A stretch of DNA of 64,000 nt from Myxococcota bacterium (GTDB lineage Bacteria > Myxococcota_A > UBA9160 > JAFDDA01), in assembly GCA_965228475.1 (NCBI GenBank), contig OZ245817.1, forward strand, positions 3,680,001 to 3,744,000. The letters are read 5' to 3'. The notes under the pieces were generated by a model that saw nothing but the letters and a program-made list of their open reading frames with translations, had not been told where the DNA came from and did no database searches. A program made the position numbers and the translations under genes. Positions 37,106 to 54,205 of the stretch are shown piece after piece (positions within the stretch are counted from its first letter, which is position 1; every line of letters begins with the position of its first letter).

Positions 37106-38920
37106 TCAGCCCGCCCGCGAGTGGCTCTTGCGGTGGCTGCCCGAGAGGACCCGCTTGCGCAGCCGGAGGTTCTCCGGCGTCACCTCGAGCAGCTCGTCGT
37201 CCGCGATCCACTCGAGGGCGCTCTCGATGGTGAGCTTGCGCGGCGGGGAGACGGCGGTGGACTCGTCCTTCCCGGCCGCCCGGATGTTGGTGAGCTTCTT
37301 GGCCCGCACGACGTTCACGTTCATGTCGCCGGCACGGCGGTTCTCGCCGACCACCTGGCCTTCGTAGACCGGGACGCCCACGGGCACGAAGAGCGTCGCG
37401 CGCTCCTGGATCGAGTGGAGGCTGTAGGCCGTCGTCTGACCGGGCTCGGTCGCCACGATGGCGCCGACACCGCGCGACGACAGATCGCCCGCGTGGGGCT
37501 CGTAGTCGCGCACGGTGCGGTAGAGCACGCCTTCGCCGCGCGTGTCCGTCAGGAACTCGCTGCGATAGCCGAACAGGCCGCGGCTCGGCGCCGAGAAGCG
37601 CAGGAGCGCCCGGCCCTCGCGCTGCTCCATGGCCTCGAGGCGGCCCTTGCGCCCGGCGAGCTTCTCCATGACGACGCCCTGGAACTCCTCGGGCACCTCG
37701 ACCACGACCTCTTCCCAGGGCTCGCAGCGCACGCCGTCGATCTCGCGCACGATGATCTCGGGGCGCGAGACGGCGAACTCGTAGCCCTCGCGGCGGAGCG
37801 TCTCGATCAGGATGGCGAGCTGGAGCTCGCCGCGGCCCGAGACCTCGGTGCCGTCGCCGCCCGCCGCCGGAGCGATGCGGATCGAGACGTTGCCGAGGGC
37901 CTCGCGCTCCAGGCGATCCCGGATCTGGCGCCCGGTCAGGAAACGGCCGTCCTGGCCCGCGAAGGGCGAGGTATTCACGAGGAAGGAGACGCGGATGGTC
38001 GGCGGCTCGACCTCGATGCGCGGCAGCGGGTCGGGCTGGCCCGGCGGGCAGACCGTGTCGCCGATCTCGATCGCATCGACCCCCGCGAGCGTCACGATCT
38101 CGCCGGCGCCGGCTTCTTCGCGCTCGACGCGCTCGAGCCCGCGCACGCCGAACAGCTTCGTCACGCGGAAGGTCTCGGCCGCGCCGTCGGCGCCGACGCG
38201 CTGCACGTTCTCGCCGCGGCGGAGCACGCCGCGCGCCACGCGGCCGATCACGAGCCGGCCGACGAAGCTGTCGTAGCCGAGGGTCACCGCCTGGAAGCGC
38301 AGCGGGGCGTCGAGGTCGACGTCCGGCGCGGGGATGTGTTCGATGATGGCGTCGAGGAGCGGGCGGAGATCCTTTCGCTCGGCTTCCGGTTCGAGCGAGG
38401 CCGTGCCCTCCTTCGCGCAGGCGTAGACGACGGGAAAATCGAGCTGCTCGTCGTTCGCGCCGAGGGCCACGAGCAGGTCGAAGACCTCGTCGACCACCTC
38501 GTGGGCCCTCTGCTCCGGCCGGTCGATCTTGTTCACCACCACGATGGGATGGAGCCCGTGCTCGACGGCCTTGCGCACCACGAAGCGGGTCTGGGGCATC
38601 ACGCCTTCGACGGCGTCCACGAGCAGGAGCACACCGTCCACCATCCCGAGGATGCGCTCCACCTCGCCGCCGAAGTCGGCGTGGCCCGGCGTATCGACCA
38701 GGTGGATCTGCACGCCTTCGTAATCGACGGAGGTGTTCTTCGCGAGGATCGTGATGCCGCGCTCGCGCTCGAGGTCGCCGGAATCCATGGCGCGCTCGGC
38801 CACGGCCTGGTTCTCACGGAAAGTACCCGTCTGGCGGAACAATCCGTCCACCAGGGTGGTCTTCCCATGGTCCACGTGGGCGATGATCGCCAGATTGCGG
38901 AGATCCTTGCGAGGCGGCAC
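37106..38920 (-). CDS. typA: Translational GTPase TypA/BipA
   Basis: [52 protein letters not shown] and KKLTNIRA motifs. Confidence 0.95.
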   Translation of the reverse strand: MPPRKDLRNLAIIAHVDHGKTTLVDGLFRQTGTFRENQAVAERAMDSGDLERERGITILAKNTSVDYEGVQIHLVDTPGHADFGGEVERILGMVDGVLLLVDAVEGVMPQTRFVVRKAVEHGLHPIVVVNKIDRPEQRAHEVVDEVFDLLVALGANDEQLDFPVVYACAKEGTASLEPEAERKDLRPLLDAIIEHIPAPDVDLDAPLRFQAVTLGYDSFVGRLVIGRVARGVLRRGENVQRVGADGAAETFRVTKLFGVRGLERVEREEAGAGEIVTLAGVDAIEIGDTVCPPGQPDPLPRIEVEPPTIRVSFLVNTSPFAGQDGRFLTGRQIRDRLEREALGNVSIRIAPAAGGDGTEVSGRGELQLAILIETLRREGYEFAVSRPEIIVREIDGVRCEPWEEVVVEVPEEFQGVVMEKLAGRKGRLEAMEQREGRALLRFSAPSRGLFGYRSEFLTDTRGEGVLYRTVRDYEPHAGDLSSRGVGAIVATEPGQTTAYSLHSIQERATLFVPVGVPVYEGQVVGENRRAGDMNVNVVRAKKLTNIRAAGKDESTAVSPPRKLTIESALEWIADDELLEVTPENLRLRKRVLSGSHRKSHSRAG

Positions 38921-39112
38921 GTTGCTTTCCGGAGGGTGGGGCCCGAGAAGGGCCGAATGCGCGCGGAATCTAGCAGACGCCCCGCGCCACGCCCCGGGGT
39001 TTCGCTCCGGCCCCTCGAACCCCCTCGTGGCCGGCTGCCGGGCCGTTTCCGGCCGCTTGCCGGGCCCCGGGGGCCCGGGCAATGGGGAGACCCGGCTGAT
39101 ATGATCCTCGCG

Positions 39113-41161
39113 ATGCGCTCGAAACTCTCCCGGACCCGTGCAATCCCTTTCGCCATCGCCCTTTTTTCCGTCCTCGCGGCAGGCCCGGCCCACGCCCGGC
39201 TGCGCTGCGACACGGTGCCGAAGCTCCTCGACTCCTACGTCCAGGCCCACGTCGTCCACAAGCGGATGACCTCGGAGCTCCGCGAGCGGACGATGGAGTC
39301 CTATCTGAATGCCCTCGACCCCTCGAAGACGATCTTCCTCGCCTCCGAGGCCGACGCGATCCGCAAGGACGCGAACCGGATCTTCCGGGAGGTCCGCGGC
39401 GGGAAGTGCGCCTATCTGACGGAGCTTCAGAAGCGGGTCCACGGCCGGTACCAGAGTCTCGAGACCCTCGTGCGGGGCATGGTCCAGCGCGAGGACTTCG
39501 CCCTCGACCCGACCATCGAACTGGTCATCGACCCGGAGGAGCGCGGCAACCCGGCGGACGACGTCGCGCGCAGCGAGCTCGTCCGCAAGCTCGTCCACTT
39601 CCAGATGTCGAACCTGCTGGCGAGCGAGGCCGAAGAGGCCGAGGCGCGCGAGCGGCTGATCCACCGCTACGAGCTGATGACCAAGCGCTCCTCGGAGATC
39701 ACGGACGAGGACGTCCTCTCGAACTTCATCGACGCCTTCGCGCGCTCCCTCGACCCGCACAGCAACTACTTCTCCGCGGATGCCATGGAGGACTTCCAGA
39801 TCGGGATGTCGCTCTCGCTGGAAGGCATCGGCGTCGCCCTCTCCTCGCGCGACGGCTACCCGGTGGTCGAGCAGATCATCCCGGGCGGCGCGACGGACCG
39901 CACCAAGGCCCTCGAGCCCGGCGACAAGATCGTCGCCGTGGCGCAGGACGGCGAGTCCGCGGTGTCCGTCGTCGACATGGCCCTGCGCGACGTCGTGCGC
40001 CTGATCCGCGGCAAGAAGAAGAGCAAGGTCACGCTGACGGTGCTGCGCAAGCAGGAGAAGGCCGAGCGCTTCAAGGTGACGATCGTGCGCGACACGATCG
40101 ATCTCAAGGAGCAGGCCGCAAAGCTCTCCTGGGTGGAGCGCGAGGTCGACGGCAAGAAGCTGAAGCTCGCGCTGCTCGAGCTGCGCTCCTTCTACGGCGA
40201 CCGCAGCCCGAACAAGCGCCGCTCGAGCGACGACGTGCGCAAGCTCCTGCGCGAAGCGCGCGACGGCGGGGCCGACGGCCTCCTGCTCGACCTCTCGCGC
40301 AACGGCGGCGGGAACCTCGAGTACGCCGTGCAGATCTCGGGCTTCTTCATCGAGGAGGGCGGCATCGTCGCCATCCGCGAATCGACCAAGCGCGAGCGCG
40401 TCCTGCGCGACCCGATCGACGACATGCCCTGGAGCGGCCCGCTCGTCGTGCTGACCTCGCGCATCAGCGCCTCGGCCTCGGAGATCCTCGTCGGCGCCCT
40501 GAAGGACTACGACCGCGCGGTCGTCGTCGGCGACTCCCAGACCTTCGGCAAGGGCTCGGTGCAGACGGTGATCCCGCTGACGCCGGGGCTCGGCGCGCTC
40601 AAGGTGACGACGGCGATGTTCTTCCGGCCGGGCGGCGCCTCCACCCAGATGGACGGCGTGCGGCCCCACATCAAGATCCCCTCCGCCTGGGACCGCGACG
40701 ACTTCGGCGAGAGCGAGCAGCCCTACGCCCTGCCGACCCAGAACATCACGCCCTTCACGCCGGTTCCGGGAACGCGCGCCGCGCGCGGCCTCGGGAGCTG
40801 GAAGCGCGTGACGCCCGAGCTGGTCCAGCGGCTCACCGCGCGCTCGCAGGAGCGCGTCGCCGCGAGCGAGGACTTCGGCGAGGTGCTCGAGAAACTCGCC
40901 GAGGCCGAGGAGAACGACGGCACGATCCGCCTCGCCGAGATCCTCGAGAAGCAGGACGCCGCCAAGGCCGAGGGCGAAGACGCCGAGAAGAGCGCCGCGG
41001 CCCCGGCCGAAGGCGCCGACGCGAAGATCGCAGCCGGCGACGCCGCCATCGCCCCGCCCGAAGGCCACTCGCCGGCAGCCGACGACGAGGACGAAGAGCC
41101 GACGCTCCAGGTCGAGGAGAGCCTCGACATCCTCGCCGACCTGGTGGCGATCTCGGGTTAG
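39113..41161 (+). CDS. Carboxy-terminal processing protease (S41, Prc/Tsp-like)
   Basis: Signal peptide; LDPHSNY, PDZ LEGIGVAL, DLSRNGGG, SASASEI and TFGKGSVQ motifs. Confidence 0.92.
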   Translation: MRSKLSRTRAIPFAIALFSVLAAGPAHARLRCDTVPKLLDSYVQAHVVHKRMTSELRERTMESYLNALDPSKTIFLASEADAIRKDANRIFREVRGGKCAYLTELQKRVHGRYQSLETLVRGMVQREDFALDPTIELVIDPEERGNPADDVARSELVRKLVHFQMSNLLASEAEEAEARERLIHRYELMTKRSSEITDEDVLSNFIDAFARSLDPHSNYFSADAMEDFQIGMSLSLEGIGVALSSRDGYPVVEQIIPGGATDRTKALEPGDKIVAVAQDGESAVSVVDMALRDVVRLIRGKKKSKVTLTVLRKQEKAERFKVTIVRDTIDLKEQAAKLSWVEREVDGKKLKLALLELRSFYGDRSPNKRRSSDDVRKLLREARDGGADGLLLDLSRNGGGNLEYAVQISGFFIEEGGIVAIRESTKRERVLRDPIDDMPWSGPLVVLTSRISASASEILVGALKDYDRAVVVGDSQTFGKGSVQTVIPLTPGLGALKVTTAMFFRPGGASTQMDGVRPHIKIPSAWDRDDFGESEQPYALPTQNITPFTPVPGTRAARGLGSWKRVTPELVQRLTARSQERVAASEDFGEVLEKLAEAEENDGTIRLAEILEKQDAAKAEGEDAEKSAAAPAEGADAKIAAGDAAIAPPEGHSPAADDEDEEPTLQVEESLDILADLVAISG

Positions 41162-41171
41162 GTAAGACCCT

Positions 41172-41552
41172 TCACCCCGCCGGGTCGATGATCTCGATCT
41201 CGATTCCGTCCGGGTCCCGAACGTAGAACCGCCGCCCCGGCTCGTACTCGGGCTCGAAGTGAGGCTCGACGCCGAGGCCGACGGCGCGCTCCCGCACGGC
41301 CGCCAGATCCTCCACCGCGATGCCGAGATGGTTGAAGCCGGCGTGGCCGTAGTCCTCTTCGACCGCCCCGGGCTGCTCCGCCTGGAAGAGCGCCAGGTAG
41401 CAGCGGTCGTCCCCGACGTGCGCCGCGGGCACGAGGCCCTCGCCGCCCGTCGCCTTCCCTTGCCAACGCACGCGATAGCCGAAGAGCTTCCGGTAGAAGG
41501 CCACCGAGCGGTCGAGGTCCTGGACGGTCAGATTCACGTGTTCGAGAAACAT
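41172..41552 (-). CDS. VOC/glyoxalase-family protein
   Basis: LEHVNLTVQDLDRSVAFY, FNHLGIAVEDL and FYVRDPDGIEIE motifs; GGAGG RBS. Confidence 0.88.
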   Translation of the reverse strand: MFLEHVNLTVQDLDRSVAFYRKLFGYRVRWQGKATGGEGLVPAAHVGDDRCYLALFQAEQPGAVEEDYGHAGFNHLGIAVEDLAAVRERAVGLGVEPHFEPEYEPGRRFYVRDPDGIEIEIIDPAG

Positions 41553-41644
41553 GAGCACCTCCGATCGCACACAGGATCGGAGGCCCGGGGCGGACCCGCC
41601 CGCGCGCGGACGCTTCGTCGACAGGCGGATGCTCGGGCGACCCC

Positions 41645-42121
41645 CTAGCGCGGCGGCGGCGGCGGCGGCGCCCGGAACGGCACGCCGAGGTCGGGCTGGA
41701 GCCCCCGCAACTCTTTGTGGAAGGTGTCCTCGAAGGGGAAGTGGCCGTTCGGGTCGGGCCACAGGCACTGGAGCGCGGGGAAGGGTTTGCCCTCGTAGTA
41801 CCAGCCCGCGTACCCGAGGAAGTCTCCGTAGTTCGCGAGGTGCACCTCGCGGAAGTGGCACTTCATCCCCTGGACGATGCCTTCGTAGGCCTGCTCGGCC
41901 TCGAAGCGGCGGCCCTCGCCGACGTCGGCACCGACGGCGTTCACGAGCTGGTGCAGGACGTCGAGGTCCGGGCCGACGGCCACGATCTCCGGGTGGTCGT
42001 GGCTCTTGTTGAGGCCCACGGTGAAGGCGTGGGCGGGGCCCACGTCGTCCTCCATGACCTTCACGACGTGGAAGCCGTATTGCTCGATGTCGCGGGTGAC
42101 GCGCGGGTCGATTTCGGGCAT
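41645..42121 (-). CDS. DUF4262-like protein
   Basis: IEQYGFHVVKV..AFTVGL..HPEIVAVG and ALQCLWPDPNGHFP pattern. Confidence 0.75.
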   Translation of the reverse strand: MPEIDPRVTRDIEQYGFHVVKVMEDDVGPAHAFTVGLNKSHDHPEIVAVGPDLDVLHQLVNAVGADVGEGRRFEAEQAYEGIVQGMKCHFREVHLANYGDFLGYAGWYYEGKPFPALQCLWPDPNGHFPFEDTFHKELRGLQPDLGVPFRAPPPPPPR

Positions 42122-42162
42122 CGGGGCAAGGCTAGCGCGTCGACCCGTGCTACATCCGAGAC

Positions 42163-42489
42163 ATGGTGCGGCAGATCAGCGTGAGCGAGCTGGCCGATCG
42201 GCTGGCCGCGGACGATGCCCGGGGAGACGTCCAGTTCATCGACGTGCGGACCCCCGAGGAATGGCAGATGGCGCGGATCGCGGGCTTCCGCCTGCTCGAT
42301 GCGGGCCTCGCCGAATCCCTGCAGGGCCTCGCGCCGGAGACCGAGTTCGTCTTCCTGTGCCACCATGGCATGCGCAGCCAGGCCGCCGCCGAGCACTTCG
42401 CCGCCCGCGGCTTTTCCAACGTCTGGAACGTCACCGGCGGCATCGACGCCTGGTCGAGCCAGATCGACCCGGACGTCCCCCGCTACTGA
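42163..42489 (+). CDS. Rhodanese-like protein
   Basis: IDVRTPEEW, CHHGMRS active loop, GGIDAWS..DPDVPRY. Confidence 0.9.
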   Translation: MVRQISVSELADRLAADDARGDVQFIDVRTPEEWQMARIAGFRLLDAGLAESLQGLAPETEFVFLCHHGMRSQAAAEHFAARGFSNVWNVTGGIDAWSSQIDPDVPRY

Positions 42490-42512
42490 GCGGCGCGCCC
42501 GAAGGAGCCCCC

Positions 42513-42773
42513 ATGGCCCTCCAGATCCTGAACCAGCCCGACGACCTGCTCGCCAAGATCAAGTCCGCCGTGGAGAACGCCATCGAAGGGGCCGAGGTCG
42601 AGGTCTCCTCGATGAGTCCGGGGCACTTCGAGCTGCGCGTGGTCTCGAGCGCCTTCGAGGGCCTGAACCGCGTGAAGCAGCAGCAGCTCGTCTACGCCGC
42701 CATCACGCCGATGATGACCGGCGACGCGGCGCCCATCCACGCCATCGACCGGCTCGAGACGATCACGCCCTAG
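42513..42773 (+). CDS. BolA/IbaG-family protein
   Basis: GHFELRVVSSAFEGLNRVKQQQLVY..IHAI motif; AAGGAG RBS. Confidence 0.9.
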   Translation: MALQILNQPDDLLAKIKSAVENAIEGAEVEVSSMSPGHFELRVVSSAFEGLNRVKQQQLVYAAITPMMTGDAAPIHAIDRLETITP

Positions 42774-42787
42774 CGGGCGCGCGCGCC

Positions 42788-43507
42788 TCAGGGCTTGCGG
42801 GCCCGCAGGTAGACGTGGTGACTGCCCAGCAGCACGGCGTCCGCGTTGCCGAGGTCCGTGGCGAAGGCCTTGCGGTTCCGCTTCGACGAGAACCCCGCGA
42901 GCAGCCGGACGAGGGCCGCGGCGATCCGCCACGGAAAGCCCGTGCGCTTGGCCTTCGCCGCCTCGAGGCCTTCGAACTCGAGGCCCGCGGCCTCGAGCCC
43001 GTCGAGCACCTGGGAGACGAGCAGCGGCTGGCGGAAGTTCGCGGCGGGCTCGCCGGCGTCGTGCTCCGTCGCGAGCCGGCTGATGTTGCGCGCGATGCCG
43101 CCGCCGAGCAGGAAGCGCACCCGCCGCGAGATGTGGGCGTAGTTCGGGAAGGAGACGAGCAGCGCGCCGCCCGGCCGCAGCACGCGCGCGTACTCGGCGA
43201 TGGCGTTCGCGGGGTTCCACAGGCGATGCAGGCCGTTCACCGAGACCACGAGATCGAAGCCGGCGTCTTCGAAGGGCAGCTTGCCCTGGTTGAGCTCGGT
43301 GGCCTGCACGGTGAGCCCGGGTGCGCGGAACATCGCCGGGTCGACGTCGGCGCAGGCGACGTCGAAGCCCGCGGCGGCGAGGCGCTCCGAGAGAGCACCC
43401 TGGCCGCACGGCGCGTCGAGCACGCGGCCGCGCGGCAGGCGCTCCGCCATCGCCAGGATCTGATCGTGGTTTTCGAGGCGGGTGATGGGCTTCGGGGCGT
43501 CGGACAA
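42788..43507 (-). CDS. Class I SAM-dependent methyltransferase
   Basis: RVLDAPCGQG, LPFEDAGFDLVV and RVLRPGG motifs. TTG start inferred. Confidence 0.82.
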   Translation of the reverse strand: MSDAPKPITRLENHDQILAMAERLPRGRVLDAPCGQGALSERLAAAGFDVACADVDPAMFRAPGLTVQATELNQGKLPFEDAGFDLVVSVNGLHRLWNPANAIAEYARVLRPGGALLVSFPNYAHISRRVRFLLGGGIARNISRLATEHDAGEPAANFRQPLLVSQVLDGLEAAGLEFEGLEAAKAKRTGFPWRIAAALVRLLAGFSSKRNRKAFATDLGNADAVLLGSHHVYLRARKP

Positions 43508-43544
43508 CGGAGACCTCGGTTCGCGGCGCGGGCTGAGGATCGCC

Positions 43545-44516
43545 TCAGGCGCCGGTGATCTTTCGGAAGCGTTCGAGCTCGCGGGCGAGTTCGGCTTCGG
43601 CGCCGCCCTCCCCCTTCGCCGCCTTGCGCGCCCAGCGCAGGGCGTTCGCCAGGTACAGATCCGCGCGGAAGACGTCGGCCAGCGCATCGTAGTCCGGGCG
43701 CCGCCCGGGCGCCGCGTCGAAGTAGGCCGCGTGGAAGACGGCGATGCTCTCGGGCTCCCCGCGGCAGATGCGCTCCTCGATCCGGACGAGGTCCGTCAGG
43801 AAGGAGCCGAAGCCGCAGCGGTGGGGCTCGAGCACCCAGGCCTCCCCGGTCGAATCGACCATGACGTCGCTCTCGGTGCAGCGGCGGTGGTGGAGCTGGA
43901 AGGGGCCGACGCGCCGGAGCGCGGGGAAGCCCCGAAGCCACTCCCGATGCCGGGGGCCGAGGTCCGCCTCGATCGCGCCGAGCTTCGCCAGCGCCCGCGT
44001 CCACTCGCCGTGGCGTTTGATCAGGCGATAGCCGAAGGGGCCGACCCGCGGCTGGTGGAAGGAGCCGTGGTGGAAGCGGCGTTCGACCCCGTGCACGCGC
44101 GCGAAGGCGCGGCCCACCGCCGCGAAGCCCTCGTCGCCCGGCGCCCCGTCGACGGCGTTCCCGCCCTCGACGCGCGCCTCGCAGAGGAAGTAGAAGCCGG
44201 TCTCCTCCAGCGTGCGGCGGGTGAGGTCGGCGTGGAGGACCCGGGGCGTCGGCAGGCCGTGGCGGGTCCAGAACTCGGCGGTCTTGCGGCGGCGGCGGAG
44301 GTCCTTGCGGCCGCGGCCGTCGCGGCCCACGCGGACGACGAAGCCCTCGCCCCCTTCGAGCCGGCCCAGGAAGACGAGCGAGCTCCGGCCGAGGGCCGGC
44401 ACCTCGAGCTCGAAGGCCCGACCGGCCTGCCCGAGCGCCGGCAGGACGACCCGCTCGACCCCTGTGCGGACTGGCTCGAGGAGCGCCTGCCGCGTCTCGA
44501 GCACCGGGCTCGCCAT
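43545..44516 (-). CDS. Aminoglycoside phosphotransferase/kinase-like protein with degenerate catalytic motifs
   Basis: [24 protein letters not shown] and DLVR give an APH-like layout. The HxDxxxxN and DFx positions read HRRCTESD and LEP. Confidence 0.55.
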   Translation of the reverse strand: MASPVLETRQALLEPVRTGVERVVLPALGQAGRAFELEVPALGRSSLVFLGRLEGGEGFVVRVGRDGRGRKDLRRRRKTAEFWTRHGLPTPRVLHADLTRRTLEETGFYFLCEARVEGGNAVDGAPGDEGFAAVGRAFARVHGVERRFHHGSFHQPRVGPFGYRLIKRHGEWTRALAKLGAIEADLGPRHREWLRGFPALRRVGPFQLHHRRCTESDVMVDSTGEAWVLEPHRCGFGSFLTDLVRIEERICRGEPESIAVFHAAYFDAAPGRRPDYDALADVFRADLYLANALRWARKAAKGEGGAEAELARELERFRKITGA

Positions 44517-44578
44517 CGGCGCCCTCCCCTCGTTCGCCACGGAGCATAACGGCCCCCGGGATGCCCCGCGGGGAAGGC

Positions 44579-44634
44579 TTGACCTGGACCGCCGGATGGC
44601 CGATCCTATGCATCACCTTATCCGGATATATGAT
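44579..44634 (+). promoter_or_regulatory. Putative promoter and AT-rich operator of ahcY-metH
   Basis: TTGACC (44579-44584), 17 bp, GATCCT; then ATC-N10-GAT (44612-44627) overlapping the palindrome TATCCGGATA (44619-44628). Confidence 0.45.
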
Positions 44635-44694
44635 CCGACCCGGGCGGATGGCGCCCCGAGGCCTCCGCCCCATCCACACCACCAGGAGAATCCG

Positions 44695-46152
<1,458 letters not shown>

Positions 46153-46162
46153 GAGAACCCCC

Positions 46163-49857
<3,695 letters not shown>

Positions 49858-49861
<4 letters not shown>

Positions 49862-50787
49862 CGGCCGCCGAGCTCGAGCCGGACCCCGTCGAAGCGGACG
49901 AGGCGGTCTTCGTCCGCCACGCGGGACCACTCGAACCCGTCGAGCAGCTCGGCGGGCGTCGTCGGCTCTTCGCGGTCGCGCAGACCGCACGCCGTGGCCA
50001 GGAAACCGATCAACGCCCTCGCCCCGTACCCGGCGTCGCGCAGGGCCGGTAGTCCCACGGCACCGTGGAACTTTGCGAGCTTCTCCCCGCGCTCCTCGAG
50101 CAGGAGGAGGTGGTGCCGGTACGAGGGGGCGGGCCACCCGAGCATGCTGCGCAGCCGGAGCTGCACGGCGGTGGTCCCGGCGAGGTCCCGGCCGCGAACG
50201 ATGCGGGTGACGCCCGATGCCGCGTCGTCGACGACCGAGGCCAGGTGATAGGCGACGGCGCCGTCGCGGCGGCGGAGCACCGGGTCGCCGTAGGCCGCGG
50301 CGGGGTCTTCGCCGAGGTCCGCTCCCGCTTCGTCGCGGCAGGCGATCATGCCCTCCGGGAGCACGACACGCAGCGGCTCCCCGCTCTCCCGCCAGCCGCC
50401 GGACGGAAGCGGCCGGCCGCGACACGTGCCCGGATAGCGGTAGCTACCGTCGGGCGCGCGCAGACCGTGGGATTTGTGCGTGGCGCGCGAACACGCGCAG
50501 GGATAGAGCCGCCCTTCGGCGGCGAAGCGGTCGAGCGCCTGCTCGTGGGCGGCAGCGTTGGCCGACTGGCGGACGGTCTCGTCCCAATCGAGGCCGAGCC
50601 AGGCGAGCCCCTCGGTCATGCCCGTCACGAACTCGGGCTTGCAGCGGACGGGATCGAGGTCCTCGAGGCGCAGGAGGACACGGTCGCCGCGGGAGCGGGC
50701 ATCGAGCCAGCACAGGAGTGCGGCCAGCAGCGTCCCGGGGTGCGGGTCACCCGTGGTCGAAGGAGCGAAACGTCCGGTTCCGGGCAT
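49858..50787 (-). CDS. gluQ: Glutamyl-Q tRNA(Asp) synthetase-like protein
   Basis: [51 protein letters not shown] and KLAK motifs. About 309 aa, no anticodon-binding domain. Confidence 0.82.
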
Positions 50788-50813
50788 CGCGGGGAGCCTA
50801 CGGCGCCGCCCGG

Positions 50814-51404
50814 TCAAGCGCCCGTGAGCTGATCGTGTGCGAGGTCCCGGCAGGCCTCGAGCATGGCGGCCGCGAGGCCTTCGTCCTCCAGGGCGCGGGC
50901 GATGGTGAGCCCGCCGATGCAGAGGCCGATCGTCGCGAGCGCACGCGGGTCCGGCGAACCCTGGCCGCGTCGCCTCGCGAGCCCTCGCTCGAACTCCGCC
51001 ACGAGTTCCCGGACGTTCGCCGTGTGGTTGCGCCGCGCGCGCTTGCTCGCGCGGGCGACGTCGACCGAAAGCGAGGCCATCTCGCAGCCAGGCCCGACCC
51101 GCTCCCGGTTGGCCGGATCCAGATACCCGTCGACGAGGGCCAGGGCTTCCTCGACCAGCTCGCTGCGCGTCTCTCCCCCGCGGCCCTTCATGCGCGTCAC
51201 GAAGTCGGGCTCCCGGGCCATCGCCTCGGCGAACAGCTCGGCCTTCGAGCGGAAGTGCTTGTAGAAGCCCCCCCGCGTGAGCCCGGCTGCCGCCATCAGC
51301 GCGTCGAGGCTCGTGCCGTCGTACCCCTTCCGGCGGAACAGGCGTCTCGCCTCGTCGACGATCCGCTCGCGAGTCCGCCGTTTGTGCTCCGCCGAGTAGC
51401 GCAC
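50814..51404 (-). CDS. TetR/AcrR-family transcriptional regulator
   Basis: [47 protein letters not shown] helix-turn-helix. Confidence 0.93.
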   Translation of the reverse strand: MRYSAEHKRRTRERIVDEARRLFRRKGYDGTSLDALMAAAGLTRGGFYKHFRSKAELFAEAMAREPDFVTRMKGRGGETRSELVEEALALVDGYLDPANRERVGPGCEMASLSVDVARASKRARRNHTANVRELVAEFERGLARRRGQGSPDPRALATIGLCIGGLTIARALEDEGLAAAMLEACRDLAHDQLTGA

Positions 51405-51461
51405 TTGACCTCCGGCCCGGTTCTTCCGTAAGCTCCGATGGGATTACATATAACATCCCAT
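51405..51461 (+). promoter_or_regulatory. GST promoter and putative TetR operator
   Basis: TTGACC (51405-51410), 18 bp, TAAGCT (51429-51434). Inverted repeat ATGGGAT-N10-ATCCCAT at 51438-51461 between the divergent tetR and GST genes. Confidence 0.65.
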
Positions 51462-51513
51462 GGACGAACCGACATCCCATCCATCGAATCATCGATCGCG
51501 CGAAGGATCCACC

Positions 51514-52272
51514 ATGGCCGAATACGAACTCGTGATGTTCAACCGCAGCCACTACAACGAGAAGGTCCGCTGGGGGCTCGACTGGAAGCGGATCCCCCAC
51601 CGCCGCACGCCGCTCCTCCCCGGCCCCCACGCCGGAACCGTCACCAAGCTGACGGGTCAGACGGCCGTGCCGGTCCTGAAGATCGACGGCACGGCCCTCC
51701 ACGACTCCGCGCGCATCCTCGACGAGCTCGAGCGCCGACATCCGGAGCCCGCCCTCTACCCGGCCGACGCTGCCGACCGCGAGCGGGCCCTCGGGATCCA
51801 GAAGCACTTCGACGAAGAGGTCGGCCCGAAGATCCGCCGCGCGCTGTTCTCGATCCTGATCGAAGAGCCCGCATACCTCGCGGCGACCTTCGCCGGCCAC
51901 AAGAGTGGGTTCGTCCGGGCGCTCTACGGCGGAATCTTCCCGCTCGTGAAGAACAAGATGAAGCGCGAGATGAAGGTCGAGGAGCCTCACGTCGGCGAGG
52001 CGTTCGAGGCGACCCGCCAGGCCTTCGACTGGGTGGAGAAGCACGCCGGCCCGTCCGGCTACCTCGTCGGCGACCGCTTCAGCATCGCCGACCTCACCGC
52101 CGCCGCGCTGCTCGCGCCGGGCGTCGCCGTCGATCATCCCGACATGAAGAAGGCCGAACCGATGCCGGCGAGCGTCGAGGAGTGGGTCTCGCGCTGGAGC
52201 GACCACCCGGGAGCGAAGTGGGTGCAGGGGATCTACGCGAAGCACCGCCCCGGGCGCGCGCCCGAGGCCTAG
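51514..52272 (+). CDS. Glutathione S-transferase family protein
   Basis: [21 protein letters not shown] and [18 protein letters not shown] motifs. Confidence 0.9.
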   Translation: MAEYELVMFNRSHYNEKVRWGLDWKRIPHRRTPLLPGPHAGTVTKLTGQTAVPVLKIDGTALHDSARILDELERRHPEPALYPADAADRERALGIQKHFDEEVGPKIRRALFSILIEEPAYLAATFAGHKSGFVRALYGGIFPLVKNKMKREMKVEEPHVGEAFEATRQAFDWVEKHAGPSGYLVGDRFSIADLTAAALLAPGVAVDHPDMKKAEPMPASVEEWVSRWSDHPGAKWVQGIYAKHRPGRAPEA

Positions 52273-52287
52273 ACAGCGCCGGGCCGG

Positions 52288-53941
<1,654 letters not shown>

Positions 53942-53945
<4 letters not shown>

Positions 53946-54205
53946 GTGAAGAGCGGCCCCTCGGCGTAATCGAGGCGTTCAACGTCGTGCGCGACCAGTG
54001 CCCGAACGGCGCGGTCCAGCGCGTCGCGCGGCAGGGGCTCGAAGCCATCGCAAAGGACGGCGCGTCCGCGCTCCCGGTCCAGGCCTTCTACCTGCTCACG
54101 GCGGCCCGAGGCTGGCAGGGCCCCCAGGCCAACCGCGTGAAGGCCGCCCTCGAGGCGTTCCTCGCGGACCACGAGAAGAGCGCCGGCTCGGGGAGCTCCT
54201 CCTGA
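53942..54205 (+). CDS. Hypothetical protein (87 aa)
   Basis: ATGA coupling to the HAD gene, GC3-rich codons, helical composition. Confidence 0.7.

Noticed and set aside
37106..41161. Two mutually overlapping ~1300-aa ORFs on opposite strands
   Set aside because: These are typA (from 38920) and the S41 protease (from 39113), each extended by an open antisense frame of the other.
44630..44694. SAH or SAM riboswitch upstream of ahcY
   Set aside because: I could not find the conserved SAH core (GAGGAGCGCUGC..AGGCUC) or a SAM-I core. Only a generic hairpin is present; an Rfam scan would settle it.
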